NCBI GenBank assembly: GCA_964016885.1
Contig: OZ024744.1
Location: 72,478,001-72,542,000 of the forward strand
Source: Eledone cirrhosa
Lineage: Eukaryota
Length of the DNA: 64,000 bases
Direction of reading: 5' to 3'
Shown: positions 54,459 to 64,000 of the stretch, piece after piece
Layout: each line of letters begins with the position of its first letter
Numbering within the stretch: position 1 is the first letter of the stretch
The notes under the pieces: generated by a model
What the model saw: the letters and a program-made list of their open reading frames with translations, nothing else
What the model was told of the DNA's origin: nothing
Database searches by the model: none
Position numbers and translations under genes: made by a program

Positions 54459-55545
54459 CGACGACGAACAACAACAGTAGCACCAATCTCGGTAGCAGCA
54501 GTAACATCAACAGTAAAACCAATAATACCAGGAACAGCGGCAATACCACTACCAGCAAAAGTGCCTGCATCAGTAATTCAACAACAACACCAAGAACAGC
54601 AGCAGAACCACCACCATATCCACCACTACTACCACCACTAAGACCAGTCTAGCGCTACTGAGGGTAATCCTCAGGCGCCTGCGGTAAGAACCCCCCACAC
54701 CACACCACCACCACCACCAAAACAAAAAACACACACGCAACAACAACAAACGCAGACAGTCACATAAATTCAAGAACAATTAAATACACACACCAAACTT
54801 TGTGCTACCGATGAAGGCAAATGAACAACTGATGGTCTTCGTAGCACAAAGGGAGGACACATAGAAACGGGGGGAAGTTATTTGGTACCAGTGTTTTCAA
54901 GGTACCCCAAATCTTATTAAGAGTACGCGTGTTCATACAGACATACAAAAGCATGAGGGAGAGTTAGCCTCATTAAGTGGAAGCCACTAACATGAAAACC
55001 ACAAGGATTTTAAAGAGGTTCCCAAAGTAACCCCACCAACTAGATATGGAGTTCGAATCACAAGATCTCTAACAGCACCGGCAGGGTATGTTTAGGAAAG
55101 ACCTGGACTTCGAGGAACGGACGATCTTCCTTACCAGGACGGTAAGTTGGTAGTTCTGGATGTAAGCTATAACGAATGTGGTGTTTTGAGACTGGTGGTC
55201 ATCTACGCCTCCAACGGCAGCATGACGACCAGATTTCTTCAGGCGTCTGGAACCTTTTCTGAGAACATCTCACTCTTTAGTGTTAGTGGGGGACTGGAAC
55301 GCTATCTTAGATGCACGCTGGGATTGTGTGGAAGTGGCTGATAGTAACGGGGCTGCAAAAGCCTCAAGTACCTGATCAACCAGTTCCATATATTTAACCG
55401 GTACCGACTATATTTCTCTAATTGACCTGGACCAACCTAATAGGGTCATCTAGATTGTATATAGATTGCTTTTTTATTAGGTCAGTAGTTAAGGATAGAA
55501 TAGATTGTCTACATTTTCAAACGGTCGCCTATACAGATCACATTC
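53850..55545 (+). mobile_element. Old L1/Tx1 relic (ORF1 and endonuclease)
   Basis: VVIEGKKPCYHLCEETNHPRAFC knuckle, then KLVVLDVS..LVVIYAS, GDWN and TWTNLIGSSRLYID..YTDH. Confidence 0.7.
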
Positions 55546-56390
55546 CCGACCGACTAAGAGATGCGAAAATCCTACAGACGTCAAAAATAGGGGCTAGTGT
55601 CAGAAATCTTGGTCTCGGTGAGGGCAGTCACATCCATATCTAGTGATCTGAGGTCATTCAGCAAGCGACCCTGCTTCCAGGCCCCGAACATTTAAACATC
55701 CTACTCTTAAGATGACCATGATGGCTCATTGACAAAGGGAGAAAAGGGTCTACATACCTCCTGGGGACTTGTGGAGGTCGGGTGGTTCCACCTTCATATT
55801 TGTCGGGGGTTTTTTGGAAACCCCTTAAGCAGTCTGCTTATTGGCTTAACATTCGGGGTTCCCATGTCCCGGGGAAAGCTCTCTCTATTCTTTTTGTGCG
55901 CACCGAGTGATATTTGTACTAGTAATAAAGCTTATGGTACGCGAGATGTGCTCATGCCGAATATTCCCCTCTCCTTTTCTATTTCTTCTCTTTTTGCTAT
56001 CAGGGTCATCAAATCCTTGTTGGCCCATCTTACTAGCACGAAGTTGTGTGTATTGTTTTGTTCTTGTGTTTGTTGTGGTTGTTTGCGTTTGGCGGATTGT
56101 GGTGGTGGTGTTGTGGAAATGTTTGTGTTTGTTGTGTGTGTGGTGTCTGCATTTCCTAATGTGAATGTGTACGTGTGTGATGTGTGGAGTTTTAGGTGCT
56201 CTGGTTTGATTTGGAGAAGGATATCCAAATAAACCCTGGACCAGTTCTCTATAGCTGTTCTTGTAGCTACAATCGGGACGGCAACTGTCCCTTTTTGAAT
56301 CATGCATCCCAGTAACCACCACAAGACCAGTCCTGGTGGAATCTTGGGAATGCGGACTCGAACTGTTCTCCTTCCCATGTGAGAGGGGAT
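55545..56390 (-). mobile_element. Old L1/Tx1 relic (ORF1 3' half and ORF2 start)
   Basis: ORF2 start MVILRVGCLNVRG...KQGRLLNDLRSL. The upstream region is similar to the 54700-55080 ORF1 relic in the opposite orientation. Confidence 0.7.
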
Positions 56391-56399
56391 ACATGATTA

Positions 56400-56590
56400 C
56401 TTTGCTATTTTTGCAGGGAGCCATCGTGTGTTTCATAACGTGGCCTTCTTGAAGTTTCAATGGGATTGACCATAATGATCACAACTGTATCACTTTCACA
56501 TTACCATCATGCATTCCAAATTGTCTTGCCAATTCCACTTTCAATTCCGAGTGCTTGGTGATTTCAAGGGGTTACCACGATTATGAGAAC
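56400..56590 (-). mobile_element. Dong/R4-like C-terminal fragment
   Basis: Nucleotide similarity to 53290-53400 (ITKHSELKVELARQFG..VKVI). Confidence 0.55.
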
Positions 56591-56956
56591 GCCAAATAAT
56601 CTGCATTGCGATATTTGTTATGTTCTTTGTCCCGAAGCCAACCCAGTCCTTACGGGGTTGATAAAATAAAATACCACTAACGACTTCCCCCTTCCCTTCA
56701 GATTGCTGAATTTGTGCCAAAAGTATAAACAATTATTATATGAATATAACTATAATGCATGTAATTTCTTCGGCAAAAAATAATTGTGTTGCGTTTGTTT
56801 AAATTTGATTGCAAAGTAAATAGAATTGTCTTTGTAACCGAATTGTCAATAACAACAACAAAAATCTAACTATATGCAGTTTTTGTTGTTCTTGTTCTTC
56901 TTATTGTTATTGTGGCTGTTGTTGCTGCTATTGTTGTTGCTATTGTTGTTATTGTT

Positions 56957-57076
<120 letters not shown>

Positions 57077-58019
57077 TTCTTCTTCTTCTTCTTCTTCTTC
57101 TTCTTCTTCTTCTTCTTCTTCTTCTTCTTCTTCTTCTTCTTCTTCTTCTTCTTCTTCTTCTTCTTCTTCCAGAGGAGGTGCGTGGGGACAGAGTCATCAA
57201 ACACTCCAGAACAATGACCATGGAAATATTTATACAATAGAGATAATGATGCAATATCCTGGAGATGGCCCTTATGATATGCGGCCGGTTGTCGCACTTG
57301 GTGGTGAATTGATGGTAGTTTTTTTATTTTGTTTCCCTCTCATTTCTTTCTTTCTCTTGCTCTGGTCATATATTTTGGTGTGTTATATTTGTGAGGTTCC
57401 TAGCAACAGTTAATTGTATTTATTATCTGTGTGTTATATTTGTGTTTGTATTTTAATTCTGAAAGAATTGTGAACAATTTGTAATGTTATTTATACAACT
57501 GTGAATAAAATTTCTTTTATACATTAAAAGAAATGTTGAAGTTTAGCTGTTAAAACAGGAACTTCTTTTTCTTGATTCCATAACTCCTTGGGGAGTCGAA
57601 GAGGCACCGTTATATGGCGTGTCTATGGCACTTTTAAACATGACGGAGCCCAACCCCCTCCAGGTCTAAACACAGCCGATTTTTTCTATAAAGGAAGAAT
57701 CGATCCCGGTACTTGACTGGTACTTTTTTTTTCGACCTCGAAAGGATGAAAGGCAAAGTTGATCCAGAGTATGCAATGAGGTGGGATGAACACCGTCAAG
57801 TATTCTATCTGATGTCTTAACGACTCTGCCAATTTGCCGACTATGATGTTATGAACTTACTTTTGAATTCAATCAAGGAGAGAAAGAGCACTAGCAGAGG
57901 TACCACAACAGGTGTGACAACAATGAATAAAGGTGAAAAGAACATTCGGACAAACAATTATGTTGAAGTCAATATGGAGAGTTGAAGGGAAAGAACATAA
58001 ATCAAGAATAAGAAAATAT

Positions 58020-58560
58020 CTAGACCGGAATAGATTGAACGTGGTAAAGAGAATGTATGATAAAAGCTATTATTAGTATGATGCATAGTATAGTCATTTC
58101 CTTTGGTATTGAAGGTACTGACCTCTTCATCTGTATTAGGGGTTGTTGCTCCTGTAAAGTTGAAAAAAAATCTTGTTTGATGTTCAAGAAGTTAATATCA
58201 GCAGCTTTACATCTTTTTGTAAAGAATGACTCTAACAGGAAAGTCTTTCCTTCTTCGACCCAATCAAACATGAGAGTCTTGCTTGATTTGAAATGAGAAA
58301 AAAATAAAAGCAGTCGCAAAAGTTAAAAGAAAGCTGGTTGGAAACTACTAGCGAAACTGGTTTTCATTGAAAAGGTGCCAAAAATTGACATTCAACATAC
58401 CATGACTTACAGTCTTTTTCCTTTACTGCTAACTTTCGCCACAGAACAGGGTATGCTTGTTAAGACCAATAAGGGGTCACACATGAAAAAGTATGTTGTT
58501 GATTTAATAGCCGCAAGACAAACCTGGGTCATGGATGAGATGATCATGTAACAGATGCAC
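58020..58560 (-). mobile_element. Possible hAT (Charlie/GTF2IRD2-like) transposase relic
   Basis: Weak motifs in the expected order: LIGLNKHTLFCGE, KAADI...DFF and IHSLYHVQS (HCxxH-like). Confidence 0.3.
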
Positions 58561-59987
58561 TCATTTTTGTACATCTACGACCTTTTGTCTTCTAGCTGAG
58601 TTTCTTTTACAGAAATTATTAAAAAATAGCTGACTTACAAGGAGCAAGTGAAATCCATGTTATAACAGATACATACCCAGATAAATACCAAGAATGCAGA
58701 AAGGGGCCGTCTTGATGCCCCAATAATGCAAGTCATCACATTCCAAACAGACAACATAAATGAAAATCGATTGGCCTAGGTGAAGAGGTTCCTTAGTGCA
58801 AGCAGAAACAAAGAGTTACCGGTCTGTCAACCGACGGGGAGATCTCCCACCAACTTTGGGGTGGTTGAGAGATGTATTCTCTTGTGAAAATAGGTATAGC
58901 TTTCATTATGTAAAATCTCTCCATTTTGCCTCATTTCTCCCCGTTTTGAGACACTTTTTTTTCATGGTACTCGCCGTTTGGGTTTTTAGAGGTTGGTAGG
59001 TCTGGAGACATTTGCGTGCACCTCTTTCACGCTTGGCAGAAAAGTTCAGCAGATCTGTTTGAATATGTAACAGTTTAATCTGGGCCTGTTATTAGTTCAG
59101 TTGTTTTGCAAGACGTGTATAATCGAGTACCGTGTGGCCGTAGAGGGAATGGGGTATATAGCCCTCCCTAATAACTTTCCCTTACAACAACAACAATATA
59201 AAAAAAATAATAACAGTGATGTATTGTATAAAAAAAATATTTTCTAATAGATGATCAGGCTTAGCGTCCTTTGTGGATTAGAGAATGAAAGTTGAGCAAT
59301 GGGACGTACCTAAAGATAACAGAACTGGTTGATTAGTAATGTTTAAGTATGCTTAATGTTTAAAGTAGTAAGTAGTCACCTATATTTGTTTACGATAGGT
59401 GAATGATAGGGATGGGTAGGGTGGAGAAATACTATTTTTGTTTTACATTCAGTTTGCGAGTATTGTGTATTACTACGAATACTACTGGAAAGTAAACAGG
59501 TAATTGATAAAATCATGTCACTGCTTGTCGCTACCCTGCCCCTCACATATCAATGATATTAACTATGTCCTTAACCTTCTCACCTTTGTTTCCTTCTTAT
59601 CAGGACACACACAGCACCTAATCTCCACGGATGTAAAACAATCCATATATACTGTCATCTCCCACAACCACATACTGTTAGACTTTAAACTTGTCTTGGA
59701 AGTTGACTCGACTCTTCACTTGAACACAGCCCCGTTACCCTTCTCTACCACAAATCCAAGTTGAACTTATTCATAACCTCAGCTGTTTCAAATTCTCGGG
59801 TGTGTTCTGTCAACAAACTATAATTTGTGTTCGTGTGCGTATGTAAATATTCAGATATACATGTATGCATACATACATACATGATGGCTGCCCCCTCGTT
59901 ATCGAGTATGGCCATTGCACGAGAAGAAAAAATAAATAAAAATAAAATAAAAATAAAATAAAATAAAAATAAAATAAAAGAAAAGAA

Positions 59988-60036
<49 letters not shown>

Positions 60037-60279
60037 TTTTCTTTATTAACCACAAGGGTTTACATAAAGTAGACATTAAGGACAGTACAGGACAATACAG
60101 GACGGTACAAATGGGCATTTCTGCGTGTAAAAAAAACAGAGGATGAAATAAAATAACAAAGAAAAATTCCCCAATAGGGGGGAGACTTCCGAGGGACATT
60201 TGTGGAGAAAGCCCATTAAAAGACCACAGTGGCCCTGACCACCAGGGCAAGTGCCCTCTCCCAGTTTTCCACCTTTAAT

Positions 60280-63200
60280 TTACAGACACATACTCAGAGA
60301 AGGCCCATTCATTCGGGTCATACTTGCTTCTCTCACCCATCTTTCAACAAAATGCTGGGAAGAGAGCACTTCCCTCTCTACCCTGATTTTCCTTTTCAGA
60401 TGAAATTTGAAAAAGTTAATCAGGGCATCACCGAAGAGGTAAGTGCTCGTCTTCAGCCCTTTCAAACGTGTCCACCATACTATCTCTTTCGCCATGGCCA
60501 CCAAACAGATAAAAACTGCCTGCCCTTCCCGGCTAAAGGAAGGGAGCGGGGCAATCCTCACGATGGACTCAGCTGATAGCTGGATCCGTCCTACACGTGA
60601 CAGCAGGTGTTCGACATAAACCCACAAGTCAGCAATGCTCGGACACTGGACGAGTGCGTGCAGGACGGTTTCGTCGCCCTGTGCGCATCTCGGACATGCC
60701 CGGCTGACGGCACCTCCATGCCTGTAAAGTTTATCCCGAACTGGCAAAGCACCCCGGTAGCACTGCCAGGTCAGGGATTTCTGGAAGTTGTCCATAGGCC
60801 CCGGCCCGAAAGTCCTTCCGAAGAGATTGGCTAGTTGATTTTCGTCGACGACTAGAGTTTCTCCAAGTACGTCGTCGCTCTTCCCTTCCACTAATCCCCT
60901 ATAGAACGCCAAGGTGGAGTTTCCACCGATCACATTGCCCGATTGGTCGAGGGCTGTGAGCGCCTGAAGACATTCCAGTCTCCAAGCGCTCCCTCTCGGT
61001 CTTCGCTTGACCCAGGACTGCAGCTCCGTCAAGGAGACGAGCTGGGGAAAAACGCGTCTAGCAAACGGCGACAACACCTGATCACCGTCGAGGAAAAGGT
61101 GGAGATGTCGTAGCCTGAGCGCGTGTCTGCGCATCATCAGCCACGGCATTCCCAGTCCTCCACGTAGCGGGTGTTGACAGCATATGGACCGCCTGACCAT
61201 CGGAGCGCGTCCCTTCCACAAGAAGCGAAAGAGCAAACGCTCCAGCGCAATCAGGCGGGGCTTAGGACAAGGTACGACGGTCAGGCGGTAGTAGATGACG
61301 GACGCGATGTACGCGTTAGCCACCTCCGCTCGACCTTTCAGGGATAGCTTCCTCTCGGCCCATTTCTGGGTGAGAGAAGCCACCCTGCTCGTCACCTCGT
61401 CCCAGTTTTTGTCCGTCTGGAGGTCTGGACCGAACCAGATCCCTAGCCATTTAACCGGTCCGTCTGTCCAGCGCCCGACGACGCTGTTGGACGGCATGGA
61501 CCTGCCTCTCCAGGTACCGAGCTGCAGGCCCACTGACTTTTCCTGGTTGATCATTGCTCCTGTCACCGCTTCGTATTCTCTTAGTGTAGTGCCGATCGCC
61601 TCGATGTGTTTGGCGTTCGACACCACTACGGTGACATCGTCGGCATATGCTGACACGGATCTTCCGCATCCTAGTTCGCGCGGGATCCCTCTCAACGTCT
61701 CCAGTTTGTGCAGTAATGGCTCGAGAGTCAATACGTACAATAGGGACGAGAGGGGACATCCTTGGCGGACCGAGCGCATGATGTTGAACGGTTCCGAAAG
61801 GTGACCGTTCACTCTCACTACAGAGCAGATGTTGCTGTGCATGGCAGCGATCCAGCCTCTGAAGACGGGCCCAAAGCCAGCCGCCCTCAGGACTGCCTCT
61901 AGGTAACGATGGTCGACCCTATCGAAGGCTTTCGACTGATCTAAATTGATCAAAGACCCACCCGTGCCAGGTTCCCTAGCTACCCTCTCTACGATGTATC
62001 GAATGAGGTGGAGCTTGTCGTGGATGGATCTGTCGGGAATGGCGCATGTCTGTGCCTCTCCCACCAGACCATCAACGACAAGCGCCAACCTCTTTGCTAG
62101 CACCTTGGCCAAAATCTTGAACTCTGTGTTTAGCAGAGTTATGGGCCTAAAATTATCTATGTTATCCCCCTTGTTCGGATCCTTTCTCAGCAGCGCCACC
62201 GCTCCTCGGCTCACAGAGCTGGGAATTCTCCCGTTCTGTTGCCAGTTGCAGTAGACGTCCGCCAAGAGGCCTCCGAACAAGTTTGGCATTTGTACGTAAA
62301 GTTCATAGGACAGACCATCCAAACCAGGCGATTTACCCCTTGTGCAACTAGTCATTGCATCCCGTACTTCAGCGGTTGTTATCGGCTTTTCGCAACACTC
62401 CGCCTCAGTGGCTGAAAGCCGCGGCAGTCCGTCGAGGTAGACACTAAAGTCCATCCCTCGATCCGGCCCGCCACTGCCCCCGAACAGTTGAGCGAAGTGT
62501 CGCTGAAAAGCTTCACACATTTGCCCGGGATCGAGTAGCATGCGCCCGTCGTGGTCCACCAAAGACCGGATCGTGGCTTTATTGCCACGACGCGCCTCCG
62601 CCACTCGGGCCCATTGAACGGCTTTCGTCCCCTCGTGTCTGAGAGCACGCACCCTAGCTCTGACAACGCAGCCTTCGTGCTTTGCATTGAAGAATTGGTC
62701 AAGGGCCAATTTCGCCGCAAGTAAGTCGGTCGCAATGCCTTTGCTAAGCGCCTCATCTAATTTTCTAACTAGTTCTCCCTCTGCTCTATTTTTCTCTATT
62801 GCTAAAGTCTTACTAAACCTAATGGACTCTATTCTAATGGCTCTTTTCAGAGCAAACCACCACTTGTTGTTGACGATGTTGTTGACTAGTTCGCTAATCC
62901 GGTCTCTGTAGGCCTTGCGCGCTGGTAAAGACGCGTTTAGCTTCCAGTAGCCGGGTCCTCGCCTATGAAGCCTATCTAAGTCAAGCACACAGATCACGAA
63001 TTTGTGGTCCGTGTAGCTGACTATCTTGAATTGTGGACAGCCTATGCTAGACCTATCTATTTCCCTACAAAATACTCTATCTAGATATGATCTGGATGAC
63101 CCTATGCGATTTGTCCAAGTCCACATTGGTACATTCGGGAAATCCATTCGGTACCTGTCAGACAGTTCAAAACGTCTGAGCAGGTTGGTGAGACTCTTGC

Positions 63201-63684
63201 ACCCTCCTTCCCTATCCACTAATCCCACACAATCCCAGCGTGCATCTAAGATCCCGTTCCAGTCGCCCACTAACACTAAAGAGCGGGACGTTCCAAGAAA
63301 GATCTCCAGACGCCGGAAGGAATCAGGCCGCCCTGCTCCTGTCGGGGCATAGACGGCCACTAACCTGAAAGCTTGCCCGTCTCCGCTGGTCACGTCCAGC
63401 ACCACCAACTTACCTTCTGGGTCCAGGAAGATGGCCCGTATGGCAAGATCCAAACCTCTCCGAAAAAGCACAGCAACTCCTCTCCCCGATCCCGGACGGC
63501 TGGGAGATGCGTACACATCGTAGCCGCCGAAGATCGGTGCGAAAGCCTGTGCTTCGGAGATTCTGGTCTCGCTGATGGCCACTACATCTATGTTTAGTGA
63601 CCTGAGGTCGTTGAGCAGGTGGCCCTGCTTCCATGACGACCCCAAGCCACGCGCATTTATGCTGCCTATTCTGAGTGAGGTCAT
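60280..63684 (-). CDS. ORF2 protein: AP endonuclease, reverse transcriptase and C-terminal zinc finger (1134 aa)
   Basis: APE motifs GSIN, SET, YAP, GDWN, YLDR and TDH. RT motifs PGLDG, FRPITLLN, DQSKAFDRV, QGCPLS and YADD. Zinc finger CPRC-x8-H-x4-C. Confidence 0.95.
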   Translation of the reverse strand: MTSLRIGSINARGLGSSWKQGHLLNDLRSLNIDVVAISETRISEAQAFAPIFGGYDVYASPSRPGSGRGVAVLFRRGLDLAIRAIFLDPEGKLVVLDVTSGDGQAFRLVAVYAPTGAGRPDSFRRLEIFLGTSRSLVLVGDWNGILDARWDCVGLVDREGGCKSLTNLLRRFELSDRYRMDFPNVPMWTWTNRIGSSRSYLDRVFCREIDRSSIGCPQFKIVSYTDHKFVICVLDLDRLHRRGPGYWKLNASLPARKAYRDRISELVNNIVNNKWWFALKRAIRIESIRFSKTLAIEKNRAEGELVRKLDEALSKGIATDLLAAKLALDQFFNAKHEGCVVRARVRALRHEGTKAVQWARVAEARRGNKATIRSLVDHDGRMLLDPGQMCEAFQRHFAQLFGGSGGPDRGMDFSVYLDGLPRLSATEAECCEKPITTAEVRDAMTSCTRGKSPGLDGLSYELYVQMPNLFGGLLADVYCNWQQNGRIPSSVSRGAVALLRKDPNKGDNIDNFRPITLLNTEFKILAKVLAKRLALVVDGLVGEAQTCAIPDRSIHDKLHLIRYIVERVAREPGTGGSLINLDQSKAFDRVDHRYLEAVLRAAGFGPVFRGWIAAMHSNICSVVRVNGHLSEPFNIMRSVRQGCPLSSLLYVLTLEPLLHKLETLRGIPRELGCGRSVSAYADDVTVVVSNAKHIEAIGTTLREYEAVTGAMINQEKSVGLQLGTWRGRSMPSNSVVGRWTDGPVKWLGIWFGPDLQTDKNWDEVTSRVASLTQKWAERKLSLKGRAEVANAYIASVIYYRLTVVPCPKPRLIALERLLFRFLWKGRAPMVRRSICCQHPLRGGLGMPWLMMRRHALRLRHLHLFLDGDQVLSPFARRVFPQLVSLTELQSWVKRRPRGSAWRLECLQALTALDQSGNVIGGNSTLAFYRGLVEGKSDDVLGETLVVDENQLANLFGRTFGPGPMDNFQKSLTWQCYRGALPVRDKLYRHGGAVSRACPRCAQGDETVLHALVQCPSIADLWVYVEHLLSRVGRIQLSAESIVRIAPLPSFSREGQAVFICLVAMAKEIVWWTRLKGLKTSTYLFGDALINFFKFHLKRKIRVEREVLSSQHFVERWVREASMTRMNGPSLSMCL

Positions 63685-63718
63685 GTTGAAAAGGAGTGGA
63701 AAAGATGGGAAAGACCAC

Positions 63719-64000
63719 TTACCTTACTTCTCGTAGGGGAAGGACGGTTTTTCCATTCTTTTCACTGCTTGTGGCCTCCTCAGGAAGGATGTCCTTATAA
63801 ATCCTCCTGGAGAGTGCTTGTCGGAAGTCTCCGATGTCTTTGGGGAATTTTTGTTTTAGTGTCATGTACGTTTTCTGTGTGATGCGAGTGATTTGTATGT
63901 GTGGAGTTGGTGTGAATTTTGGGGTTGTTGTGTAGTCTTTTTCTGTGATGCTGGTGTTGTGTTGGATGTAGTGTAATAATTACTTGTTGTTCAAATTTAA
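63719..64000 (-). CDS. C-terminal part of Tx1 ORF1 (partial)
   Basis: Near-identical to 49118-49400. It ends ...GKTVLPLREVR* just upstream of the ORF2 ATG at 63684. Confidence 0.75.

Larger units (their letters stand above)
60036..64000 (-). mobile_element. L1/Tx1-clade non-LTR retrotransposon, young copy running off the right edge
   Basis: Contains the ORF1 C-terminus, a short spacer, an open ORF2, a 3'UTR with AATAAA and an (ATT)n tail at about 59989-60035. Confidence 0.93.

Overview
Very microsatellite-rich eukaryotic DNA. It is most likely an octopus genome, inferred from the (TA)n/(GA)n/(CA)n density and the SINE families. Nearly all ORFs in the supplied track are repeat artefacts. The one host-gene signal is a spliced minus-strand exon (about 3550-3748/3761) encoding the start of an FGF core domain most similar to FGF9/16/20; its downstream exons would lie left of the window. 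The rest is transposon-derived. It includes at least nine copies or fragments of an L1/Tx1-clade retrotransposon (one with an open 1134-aa APE-RT-zinc-finger ORF2), about 20 copies of a tRNA-derived SINE, and relics of Dong/R4, RTE, CR1-like, Tc1/mariner, hAT and Helitron elements. Large AAC/ACG satellites occupy 24.7-33.2 kb. The most notable observations are: (1) a 5' splice donor conserved at the ORF1/ORF2 junction of five Tx1 copies, which predicts an in-frame ORF1-ORF2 fusion through a 52-nt intron and possibly an ORF1-only mRNA; (2) a 3' end shared between the SINE and this Tx1; (3) two complete type I hammerhead ribozyme motifs, plus two families of fold-back hammerhead fragments in (TA)n tracts. 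All assignments were made by eye without database searches, and relic boundaries are approximate.
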